A stretch of DNA of 32,000 nucleotides from Promethearchaeia archaeon (GTDB lineage: Archaea > Asgardarchaeota > Lokiarchaeia > Sigyniarchaeales > SOKP01). Positions 15,519 through 24,205 of this stretch are shown here, piece after piece. The notes beneath the pieces were generated by a model. The model saw nothing but the letters and a program-made list of their open reading frames with translations. It was not told the origin of the DNA and did no database searches. The first letter of the stretch is position 1. Each line of letters opens with the position of its first letter. The stretch is taken from assembly GCA_046497275.1 (NCBI GenBank), contig JAWOFX010000044.1:1-32000 (forward strand), in the 5' to 3' direction. The position numbers were made by a program, and so were the translations under genes.

Positions 15519-17165
15519 TTAAAAATTAAAATTTATAGAGTCCAGATCTTCCCTGATTTTGTTTTGAATATCTTTATCCTCTAAATTTGGAAGTAATTCT
15601 TCTAAAATATTTCTCAAATCTGTAATTTTTTGAACTAATACATCTGTTTTTGTCCATAATGATTTACGTAAAGGATGATTTTTTATTAGCGCCATATTGT
15701 AATTTTCAATAGCCTCTCTATAGAAGAGACAACTATTTTCTAATAAATTTAATCTCGATTGGTATATTGTTCCTATTTTATGGAAACATTGAGCTGCGCC
15801 TACATAATCTTCTACAGATACAAAAAGAGTAGCTGCATTTTCAATTTTATTTAAAGCCTCTTCCAATACACTATTCTCTCCTCTTTTTAGGAGTAAATAC
15901 CCTAATAAATAATCTCCCTCCCCTTGATAAAACAATGAATTTTCTTTTTTTGCGAGGACTTTCAACTTCTCTGCAAATTCCTCTGCCAGAATTAAATGAT
16001 TACTGGAAATGCAGTTTTCACAAATAAGTTTCAACAATTCTAAAACACGCCCAATATCTCCAATATTTTCATATTTAGCAATTGCTTCACGATATTTCTC
16101 CACACCTAGGAAAATATCTCTATTTTTTAAAGCTTGATTTCCTTCATACACTAGTTCTTCTGCCAAAGCTTGTTTTTGTATGTTCTGATCTTCAAAAGGT
16201 TTTTTCTGAGTTCCATAAAATAAATCATCCCCATCAAAAGTAATTTCGTTACCCATAGGAATTTCATCCAACATTTCTTTATCAAATTCCATATTGATAT
16301 TACGAGGGTTTTGAGTTTTTTTCCTTTGATTTTCGATTTGTTCGATATTTCCAGTATAATTAGATTCTAACTTGAAATCTTCTCCATAAGCCGATTGTAA
16401 GGGTTTACCAGCAGAAACAAGTGCAGATAATTCTGAGAGTACATTTGCGAAGAAAAATTTGTTCAGTCCTTTGACAATATAATCAACGTCATGATAATTA
16501 GAATCATAATTAGGATGATTTGTATCCATCTGTACATCTGAGAGACGATATATTTCAAATCCAGTATCAAATTTTGTAATTTTATGTTCAGTCCCTTCTA
16601 TTTGTTCTTTTTTTTTCTTTCCCAGTAAGGTATGATCGAATACTAATCCAATCGCATCTGGATTTGCTCCTTGAAAACCTAATTGATTAATCAAATCGAT
16701 ATATGAAAAAAATAGACCAAGTCCAGGATGAGAATGAAACCATCCTACTATATATTGGTTTTGATTTTCTTCTTCTAATTTCTCTTCGATATTTTGAATA
16801 AAACCATAATGTCGTTCATCTAATTGAACATCGGTTGCATGTCCAAATGTTAAAGCTTCCGCTCTTTCAACATATACAAATTCTTCATCAGTATATCCTA
16901 TAAGTATTCCATAGATTTCTTTCCATTTCTCTGGAGGGATAGATTTATTTGCGTATCTACTCGCGTATAAAATAATTGTTTTATATGCTTCTGCTTTAAT
17001 AATGACAGCTTTCTCATATTCCTCTTCTTCTTCACTAATCGTTTTTGACTTTAGATCATAACTATCTATAGAATTTCCTGAGTGTTCTTTTAGATCGGAT
17101 TCATTATCTATTTTCTTTTCAGTTTCACTATCTTCATTATCGGGTTTCTCTAATTCTCTTGACAT
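15519..17165 (-). CDS. JAMM/MPN+ metallo-isopeptidase (Rpn11/CSN5-like) fused to a C-terminal TPR-like helical domain
   Basis: EIYGILIG plus VGWFHSHPGLGLFFSYID gives the complete E...HxH-x7-S-x2-D motif; the C-terminal about 210 aa show TPR-like helical repeats. Confidence 0.85.
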   Translation of the reverse strand: MSRELEKPDNEDSETEKKIDNESDLKEHSGNSIDSYDLKSKTISEEEEEYEKAVIIKAEAYKTIILYASRYANKSIPPEKWKEIYGILIGYTDEEFVYVERAEALTFGHATDVQLDERHYGFIQNIEEKLEEENQNQYIVGWFHSHPGLGLFFSYIDLINQLGFQGANPDAIGLVFDHTLLGKKKKEQIEGTEHKITKFDTGFEIYRLSDVQMDTNHPNYDSNYHDVDYIVKGLNKFFFANVLSELSALVSAGKPLQSAYGEDFKLESNYTGNIEQIENQRKKTQNPRNINMEFDKEMLDEIPMGNEITFDGDDLFYGTQKKPFEDQNIQKQALAEELVYEGNQALKNRDIFLGVEKYREAIAKYENIGDIGRVLELLKLICENCISSNHLILAEEFAEKLKVLAKKENSLFYQGEGDYLLGYLLLKRGENSVLEEALNKIENAATLFVSVEDYVGAAQCFHKIGTIYQSRLNLLENSCLFYREAIENYNMALIKNHPLRKSLWTKTDVLVQKITDLRNILEELLPNLEDKDIQNKIREDLDSINFNF

Positions 17166-17327
17166 AATAAGATGGAGATATTTTTATAGAATTAAGTAAA
17201 TCTTATAGAATAAATAATAAAATACTTAATTAAAATTATCTATTATCAAAAGACCTAAAAATTTATTAGCTAATAAAAAGTGAGAAAGGATAAATACAAA
17301 AAAATTTTTAGGTTAATCCAATAAAAC

Positions 17328-18542
17328 CTAAATTACTCCCTTTTTTTTAAGAGTTTTAATTTCATCTCTTGAATACCCCAATGTTTTTAATATTTCTTTT
17401 GTCTGTTCTCCAACTTTGGGTGCTAAAGATCTAATACTTAAAGGAGTCCTAGAATATTTTATTGGTGTATTTACATTTGAGATTTCCCCTACTTTAGGGT
17501 GGTACTGCTTAACTACCATATTTCGAGCAATTATTTGAGGATCTTTACAAGCTTCAGAAAATTTTTTAACTGGTGCGACACATGCGTCCTTACCTTCGAA
17601 GATCTCCATCCATTCTTCTTGAGTTTTTTTCATAAATTCCTTTTGGATCTCCTTGAACACTTTTTCTCTTTCCGCTCCTTGAAGACCTTGTTTTAATTTT
17701 AAATCTTCTCTTCCTAATGTTTCACATAGCGTGTGCCAAAATTTCATTTCAATTGCTCCTACTGTTAGATAACGATTATCCTTTGTTTTATAAATCTGAT
17801 AATAAGGTGCTGATCCATGAAGAGGGTTCTCAGGTACTATAGTGCTACTTTTTTCCTCAGAAAAATGATATGCGGCAGCCATAGGCATAAAGGAAAAGAC
17901 AGTATCCAGCATACCAATATCAATATATTGTCCTTGATTATTTGGATTATTTTTTCTCTCTAAAATAGCACCTAAAATTCCTATAGTTGCTAATAAACCC
18001 CCTCCAATATCTGCTGCTTGTATTCCTGGAACTACAGGTTTTCTCTCTTGATTTTCTACATCATACTTTTTTCTCTTTCTATTTAAATCCAACATTCCGC
18101 AAATCCCAACATAGTTCATATCATGTCCCGCCCATTGTTCATAAGGACCTGTCTGCCCATATCCTGAAAGTGAACAATAAATTATTCTGTTATTTATATT
18201 TTTAAGGGTTTTATAATCAATTTCTAATTTTTCCGTTACTTTAGGCCTGAATGTCTCTAATAAAACATCTGCCTTTTTAATTAAGGTGTAAAAAATTTCT
18301 TTTGCCTTTTGGTTTTTGAGATTTAACGTTATAGATTTTTTATTTCGCATAATAATTGCATTAAACGCGCTATATCTGTGTCTGCCTTTTTGATAAAAAG
18401 GTGGAGGATTTGCATAAGGGAATTTGGGATTCTCTACTCTTATAATTTCTGCTCCCAAATCTGCCAAGATCATTGAACAATAAGGACCAGGGAGCATTCT
18501 ACTTAGATCTATTACTGTTATATTTTCTAAAGGTAATGTCAT
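17328..18542 (-). CDS. Family III CoA-transferase (CaiB/BaiF; alpha-methylacyl-CoA racemase-like)
   Basis: DLSRMLPGPYCSMILADLGAEIIRVE, RNKKSITLNLK, SLSGYGQTGPY, GHDMNY, AADIGGG. Confidence 0.92.
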   Translation of the reverse strand: MTLPLENITVIDLSRMLPGPYCSMILADLGAEIIRVENPKFPYANPPPFYQKGRHRYSAFNAIIMRNKKSITLNLKNQKAKEIFYTLIKKADVLLETFRPKVTEKLEIDYKTLKNINNRIIYCSLSGYGQTGPYEQWAGHDMNYVGICGMLDLNRKRKKYDVENQERKPVVPGIQAADIGGGLLATIGILGAILERKNNPNNQGQYIDIGMLDTVFSFMPMAAAYHFSEEKSSTIVPENPLHGSAPYYQIYKTKDNRYLTVGAIEMKFWHTLCETLGREDLKLKQGLQGAEREKVFKEIQKEFMKKTQEEWMEIFEGKDACVAPVKKFSEACKDPQIIARNMVVKQYHPKVGEISNVNTPIKYSRTPLSIRSLAPKVGEQTKEILKTLGYSRDEIKTLKKKGVI

Positions 18543-18688
18543 ATAAATATAAATTAGTTTTTTATTCTTTTAGAAATTGGGTTTTTTTTGGATAACCGTG
18601 TGACATAATCTCAAAATATATTACTTATTCATAAAAAAACCATAAAAAGAAAAAAAAGACAAATAATAACACCAAAAATAAAGATTTC

Positions 18689-18708
18689 TAAAATACCGGC
18701 GTATTTTA
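18689..18708. promoter_or_regulatory. Inverted repeat TAAAATAC-CGGC-GTATTTTA
   Basis: Perfect 8-bp arms with a 4-nt spacer, upstream of ORF 18775; role inferred. Confidence 0.3.
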
Positions 18709-18774
18709 CCGTTATGAAACTGATGATACTATATATTTTCAAGAAAATTCTGAAACTTTCATAAATGAATAAAT

Positions 18775-19098
18775 ATGGGTCCTTTTAGTGGAAAGGATAT
18801 TCTACTCAGATGTTTTCGCTGTCGAAAGCTTTTCAGAACGCTTAAAGCGACAAATTGGGACGACTTCAAAAGGATCGCCGAAAAAGAAGGAGGAGAAATC
18901 TTTCAATGAATTTTCAATAAAATTAGAGAAATTATTTTGATGGATCTTACTCCTTGGGAGAATGCTTCTCTCTTTATTAGTTATTTTCACTATTTAGAGA
19001 AAAAAGGGACTATAAACTTTCCAAATTCCTCATCACCCCCGATCAAATTTTCGCCAAAGAACGATCTTCCTACAGAAAAACTAAAAAGAAAAGTGTAA
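18775..19098 (+). pseudogene. 107-codon frame with a single internal TGA (18907-18909); CxxC-containing hypothetical, pseudogene or readthrough
   Basis: MGPFSGKDILLRCFRCRKLF...GGEIFQ*IFNKIREII...SPPIKFSPKNDLPTEKLKRKV*. C-terminus resembles that of ORF 21104-21463. No SECIS found. Confidence 0.4.
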
Positions 19099-19123
19099 TT
19101 TAATTTCAATAAAATCAAACCAC

Positions 19124-19251
19124 AAAGGTATCAAATGAGTCCGAGTAAATTTCTAGTGTTGACTCACAATCTGCCTATGTATAATATTTGCTAGTAGTGT
19201 TACCTAACACCAATTCACGTATTTTTTACGGTCTACAGAGAATTGCACTCT
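19124..19251. repeat. Dispersed non-coding repeat, copy A (about 125 bp)
   Basis: Colinear with 21462-21581 (GTATCA.ATGAGT.C.AGTAAATT.CT...ACTCA..CTGC.TAT...TTACCTAA.ACCAATTCAC.TA.TTTTT.CGGT...AGAG-N7-CTCT). Confidence 0.75.
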
Positions 19252-19427
19252 TAACAATATATTACTTGAGAGGGAAAAAAATGAATATTTACCAATCTTT
19301 AAATTTCATTTCATTTTTTAATTAACATATTTTTCCTTACAAAAGTTTTTTAAAAACGTTTTACACAATAAGCCAAGTTTTAAAGGAATTATATAACAAA
19401 TCATTTATTATAAATCAATAGTAAAAA

Positions 19428-20942
19428 GTGATTTATATGAATCAAAAACTAGAAGAAGAATTAGAAAAAGTAATTGAGACTGAGGAATCACAGAAAAAAT
19501 TTATGAACTATGTAGTACGTTTCGGAAAGTGGCTATTATTTGTATTACCTATCATTTTGGTAATCATCACTATCCTAACAATCGTTTTAATTGAGGAGAT
19601 TCCTGAAGCGACTAAGTGGATTGACTCACCAGTAGATTATAAAATTTTAACCATTTTATATGTAATAGTCTTAGCGATATATTTTTTCAATTCATTAATA
19701 TTGATAATAACTTCAAGGAGAACTAATAAATCATTAGAACTTCGATTAGACTATGAAAAAAGAAAAGGAAGACCAATCGATAGTCTTGATGGATTCCGAT
19801 TAGTTATGGATAATATTAATCGTGTATTAATCTTGATGAATATAACAGCCTTAATATCCATAGCATCAGTGACATTATTTGCAATAATGTTAACGATAGG
19901 AAATGTCGAGTTAAGTTATATTGCAATGGGAACAACACTTGTAGGATTAGGATTAGCTTTGCTGATAAGAACTGTTAATTTTAACATAACCGATGTAAAT
20001 GGTCTTCAAGAATTCTTTGAGCCACTTACCCATAGTATTTTATTAGATAATTTTTTTACTGAAGTTTTTAGTAATCATTTAGATCCTGTTACATACTTAA
20101 AATGGGATGATTATATACTTGGAATAGAAGATATACTTACTGAAGAATTCGTTCAACTAATTTCTGAAAAAGAAAAGGAAGAACTTCCAATCACATTCGC
20201 TATAGAAAAGATTCTCTTTCTTTATTACCTTAAATATCTAGATGTGTTAACAGAAGAGCAATTTATTCAAGAATTTAAAGAAGTTGTAGATTTAGATTCT
20301 AAAGATTTCGATATTCAAGATGGATATTGCATCGAAAAAAAATGGGTATTTGCTAAAAAACATATGTATAAAATATTTAAATTCATAAAGAAACATAATC
20401 CCGAATTTTTCACAATAATAGATAGACTACAACTTGAGTTAGTAGATAATATCGAACGAATTGCTAATGATCCAATATATTTTGACTCATCTGCCAATGA
20501 AGTAGTTAATTTACATTCAGAGCTGAATGTTATGATTATTCTTTATAATAATAGACCCGAACCAAGAGATTATAGAATCCGAGTGTATGCTCCCGGATTT
20601 GAACCTAAAAAGGTTTCATTAGGTATCGAAGTCGAGGGTAGGGGATCTTTTAAGATTCCCAGTGAAAATATCCCCTTGGTGTCGGATGGAAGACTGGATA
20701 TCACGCAAGTTCTCTCCATGATCTTAGAAAATGCAGATACTGTTTGGTTAACACTGGAACCAATAAAAAAGGGAGAACAAACAATTCAAATCTTCATAGA
20801 AACGACCGATGGTCATATTGTTGGAGGTGAAACTAGAACAATAAAAGTCAAAACAAATATTAAAGATTATATCAAAAAACTTTCTTCTCTCGGCTCTGTT
20901 GTAAGTGGAATAGCTGTTGCACTCTCACGAGCTATTTTCTAA
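19428..20942 (+). CDS. Hypothetical membrane protein (about 4 N-terminal TM helices, soluble helical and beta domains); start probably ATG 19437
   Basis: 504-aa ORF with normal composition; no recognised motif. Confidence 0.75.
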   Translation: MIYMNQKLEEELEKVIETEESQKKFMNYVVRFGKWLLFVLPIILVIITILTIVLIEEIPEATKWIDSPVDYKILTILYVIVLAIYFFNSLILIITSRRTNKSLELRLDYEKRKGRPIDSLDGFRLVMDNINRVLILMNITALISIASVTLFAIMLTIGNVELSYIAMGTTLVGLGLALLIRTVNFNITDVNGLQEFFEPLTHSILLDNFFTEVFSNHLDPVTYLKWDDYILGIEDILTEEFVQLISEKEKEELPITFAIEKILFLYYLKYLDVLTEEQFIQEFKEVVDLDSKDFDIQDGYCIEKKWVFAKKHMYKIFKFIKKHNPEFFTIIDRLQLELVDNIERIANDPIYFDSSANEVVNLHSELNVMIILYNNRPEPRDYRIRVYAPGFEPKKVSLGIEVEGRGSFKIPSENIPLVSDGRLDITQVLSMILENADTVWLTLEPIKKGEQTIQIFIETTDGHIVGGETRTIKVKTNIKDYIKKLSSLGSVVSGIAVALSRAIF

Positions 20943-21103
20943 ACTTTATTTAAGTATTTTATTTTTGTTTTTTTTTAGCAGATTTAATGAGTATGAGTAT
21001 TATTTCTTTTAGGATACCAATCTCTATGAAATTTGAATATGTCTAGAATAAAAATCTAATTAAAATACTTACATTTTAAGAAAAATAATTAGGAAAACGG
21101 AAA

Positions 21104-21463
21104 TTGGTTGATAAGGGAGTCAAACATAATGGATTATTCCGCTTAAGAAATTGTCATATTATTCACGGAGATACCAATGGTGCGGGAAACATCGACAGAA
21201 AGAAACATCCAGATCTCTTTTCAATTGAGATAATCGCCTACAATTTTGGTTTAAATTCAGAATTTTACCTTGCATATAATTTTCTCCCCGATCATTTGAA
21301 ATCTAAACATAAAACATTGACTCACTCAGAGAGAAGAAGATTTAAAAGTTTGGTTAATAGATTTTTGATGAGTCCCCGAATTTTATTTAGTCCGTCGAAC
21401 GGAATACTCATAAAAGAGTTAAAAAGAGAAGAAAGGCTAAATAAAAGTAAGATTAGAAAATAA
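21104..21463 (+). CDS. Hypothetical small basic protein
   Basis: 119-codon ORF from TTG; C-terminal SPRILFSPSN...ELKR is shared with the 18775 frame. Confidence 0.45.
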   Translation: MVDKGVKHNGLFRLRNCHIIHGDTNGAGNIDRKKHPDLFSIEIIAYNFGLNSEFYLAYNFLPDHLKSKHKTLTHSERRRFKSLVNRFLMSPRILFSPSNGILIKELKREERLNKSKIRK

Positions 21464-21581
21464 AAGTATCAGATGAGTTCAAGTAAATTCCTTTCAATTA
21501 CTCAAACTGCATATACTTAAATAATAGTTTTACCTAATACCAATTCACTTACTTTTTGCGGTTCTTAGAGATGTACGCTCT
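21462..21581. repeat. Dispersed non-coding repeat, copy B
   Basis: See copy A; also directly follows the stop of a small + strand ORF. Confidence 0.75.
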
Positions 21582-21648
21582 AAAAAATGCATAAATTTCT
21601 TACAATTCGATATTAAGTTTCAAAATAATAAATATAGAAAAAAAGAGA

Positions 21649-22161
21649 TTAAATTTCGATTATTTCAGCTTGCATTTTTACCGTATCTACTATTGCAAAT
21701 GTTGGCTTACCAGTCAAATAACCACACGCTTCTCCAGGATTTACTACTAATGTACCATTTTCATATCTTTTATTGATAATATTATGGGTATGCCCTATTA
21801 ATATTATATCAAAATGTCCAGATTCAGCTAATGCGCTAACTGTGTCCTCACTAGCGATATGTGTTGCATAAATTTTTTTTCCATTTAATTCTGTGATTAA
21901 TTCCATTCCTACTAAATCGCAAAGTCTCCCTAAATTTTCCTTCAAAAAGACACGATCCCCATCATTATTGCCATATACTCCCATAAAATTATCTTTAATA
22001 TTGTCATTTAGCTCCTTAAAAGCATTATATGTAAAAGGGGAAACATAGTCTCCACAATGAATGAGGGCATTAACTTCGCGTTGATTAAGAATAGAAACTG
22101 CTTCAGAGATATTACTCATATGATCATGAGTATCTCCGATTACACCTATTAACATTTTCAT
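21649..22161 (-). CDS. Metallophosphoesterase, YfcE/MJ0936 family
   Basis: GDTHD, HCGDY, GNND, GHTH and NPGE motifs. Confidence 0.9.
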   Translation of the reverse strand: MKMLIGVIGDTHDHMSNISEAVSILNQREVNALIHCGDYVSPFTYNAFKELNDNIKDNFMGVYGNNDGDRVFLKENLGRLCDLVGMELITELNGKKIYATHIASEDTVSALAESGHFDIILIGHTHNIINKRYENGTLVVNPGEACGYLTGKPTFAIVDTVKMQAEIIEI

Positions 22162-22304
22162 TCAATTTTTTTTTATTTTTGTTAATAATTGGTAATTTTT
22201 TAAATTTCTATTTAAAAGTTTTTAATTTGAATAAATTTTAACCATAAAAATATATTTTAATAGAGATTTGTTAAAGATAATTAAGAATCTAATTTGCGAT
22301 TTAT

Positions 22305-23375
22305 ATGAGTATTCAATATTTAAATTTAGAAAAAAAGTCAGTTGATAAAGAACTGCAGAGATATTTCCAAACTCTTGAAAAAAGAGAAGTAGATGAGATA
22401 TTTAAAGATTTTATTAACGAATTTAAAGGATTTATATTAAATGAGAAGGCGAAAAGATTACATCCCTCATTATTAATAGCCGCATTTAAAGGAATCATTA
22501 ATCCTATGTATTTGGAAGATCAAATAACTGATATCCGAAAAGTCTCTCTCTCAGTAGAATTTTTACATAACGCTCATTTAATTCAAGATGATCTAATAGA
22601 TGATGATGAATATCGGAGGGGAAAGTTATCTTTTCATAGACAATTTAAAAATAATTTAAATCAATATTATGAGCATAAAAAGGAAGCACTTGATCAAAGA
22701 ATTACACAATATGGTAAGGATATGAGTGTTTTAGGAAGTACATATGCTTATAACTTGGGTGTGGATATAATAAAAGATTCTGAATTTCCCGAAAAATTAA
22801 AATTAATGGCAATAAAAGAATATTCAGATGCTATTGATTATCTATTAAGAGGGCAAATAATAGAAGAATATATGACAAATTACAGCATGGTTATGTCTTT
22901 AGAACAATATCTTAATATTGAGGAATTGATGAGAGCGAGAGTTTTTGAAAAATCAGTGAAAATTGGCGCCATATTAGCAAAAGGAAATATTCATTATCAA
23001 ATTAAGCCACTCTCAGAAGCTATGCTTAGGATTGGTCAAGCTTATGCGATTAAAGATGATCTGTTGGATGTTGAAGAAGATATTAAAGCAAGAAAGAAAA
23101 AAATAGTGTATATCCTTGCGATACAGAATACCAATGAAGAGCAATCAATTAAACTAAAAGAATTATTTTTAAAGGATAATATTTCGGATGATGATGTAAA
23201 AGAAATAAAAGAGATCTTTGAGGAAACGAGTGCTATGAAAATTGCTGAACATCTTTCAAAAAATTTAATTTCTCAAGCAAAAACATATTTAGAAGATATG
23301 TACCCTGATCTCAATAAGGATCAAAAAAAGTTTTTTATGACTTTTTCAGATTATGTTTTTGAAAGAGAATCATAA
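22305..23375 (+). CDS. Trans-isoprenyl diphosphate synthase (GGPP synthase-like), divergent
   Basis: FARM LIQDDLIDDDEYRRG, GQ..E, SARM GQAYAIKDDLLD. Confidence 0.82.
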   Translation: MSIQYLNLEKKSVDKELQRYFQTLEKREVDEIFKDFINEFKGFILNEKAKRLHPSLLIAAFKGIINPMYLEDQITDIRKVSLSVEFLHNAHLIQDDLIDDDEYRRGKLSFHRQFKNNLNQYYEHKKEALDQRITQYGKDMSVLGSTYAYNLGVDIIKDSEFPEKLKLMAIKEYSDAIDYLLRGQIIEEYMTNYSMVMSLEQYLNIEELMRARVFEKSVKIGAILAKGNIHYQIKPLSEAMLRIGQAYAIKDDLLDVEEDIKARKKKIVYILAIQNTNEEQSIKLKELFLKDNISDDDVKEIKEIFEETSAMKIAEHLSKNLISQAKTYLEDMYPDLNKDQKKFFMTFSDYVFERES

Positions 23376-23416
23376 ATAAAAAAGAAAGACTTTAGATAAT
23401 TAATTCTTTTAAAATT

Positions 23417-24013
23417 CTATATTATTTCGGCATTTAACTCATAATTTTCTAACATCAAACAATTAATGGCCTTAAAAACTTCCAATACGTTATAATTCTC
23501 TAAGGCTGATGTCCGATAAAAGCCATCTAAATCGTTATTCTCTATAAACTCTTGGATAAGATGTTCTTTCACAATTTCCATTTGAGAAGTTTTATCTAAT
23601 AAATCAGTCTTACTCGCGACCAAAATCATTGGAATTTGTTTTTTTAATTTTTCTTTTAATAAATTATACCAATATTCAAGTTGTTGGAAAGAAGAATAAC
23701 TAACCGAGTCGAAAACTAAAAGAGCACCATCAGCACCCTTTATAAATCTTGGAATCAATGGTTTAAAACGATCTTGCCCTCCAAAATCAAATATTGAATT
23801 AACGATACATTTTTCTTTCTTCTTATCAGAAAATTCATCCTTTAATTCAATGTCTATATAAGTAGAATGAAAATTAATACCGATGGTAAGTTCAGTATTC
23901 ATATTGAAAGAATTAAAGCAATATCTATTGAATAAACATGTTTTTCCAGCACCTCCACCTCCAACTATAACAATTTTGAAGCAATAAGCGACTTCTTTAC
24001 TAGCTTTCATCAT
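23417..24013 (-). CDS. Ras-superfamily small GTPase, Rab-like (Asgard type)
   Basis: G1 GGGGAGKT, switch I TIGINF, G3 DFGGQDRF, G4 SKTD, G5 TSAL; no C-terminal Cys motif. Confidence 0.9.
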   Translation of the reverse strand: MMKASKEVAYCFKIVIVGGGGAGKTCLFNRYCFNSFNMNTELTIGINFHSTYIDIELKDEFSDKKKEKCIVNSIFDFGGQDRFKPLIPRFIKGADGALLVFDSVSYSSFQQLEYWYNLLKEKLKKQIPMILVASKTDLLDKTSQMEIVKEHLIQEFIENNDLDGFYRTSALENYNVLEVFKAINCLMLENYELNAEII

Positions 24014-24205
24014 TAAGCTTTGTTATTAGCTCTTAAATACTGAATTAATTTCCAAAGAGTTTATGGTTAATCTAATTACTCATAGTTAAAAAAATAATTG
24101 AAAATCATCTATAATATAAGCATAAAATCTAAAAGTTTAATTTTCTTTATTTAAATAATTGATTTTAATTCAAACTTCGATTAAATTATATTTAAGATTC
24201 TTATT

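Noticed and set aside
18802-18990. Minus-strand 62-aa ORF
   Set aside because: The plus-strand frame 18775-19098 is longer, starts with ATG and shares similarity with ORF 21104; the minus ORF is probably its shadow.
19124-21581. Dispersed repeat as SECIS or integron attC site
   Set aside because: The ATGAG... segments do not form the 8-bp stem closed by GA. ACCTAAC (19202-19208) fits attC R'' but no matching GTTRRRY follows, and no integrase is present.
21649-22161. Metallophosphoesterase as a retromer Vps29 homolog
   Set aside because: It keeps the full GDxHD/GD/GNND/GHTH metal motifs of ordinary YfcE/MJ0936 enzymes, and no Vps26 or Vps35 gene is nearby.
22305-24013. Functional link between the prenyl synthase and the convergent Rab-like GTPase (geranylgeranylation)
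   Set aside because: The GTPase has no terminal CC/CXC/CAAX motif, no prenyltransferase is present, and the genes are convergent rather than co-transcribed.
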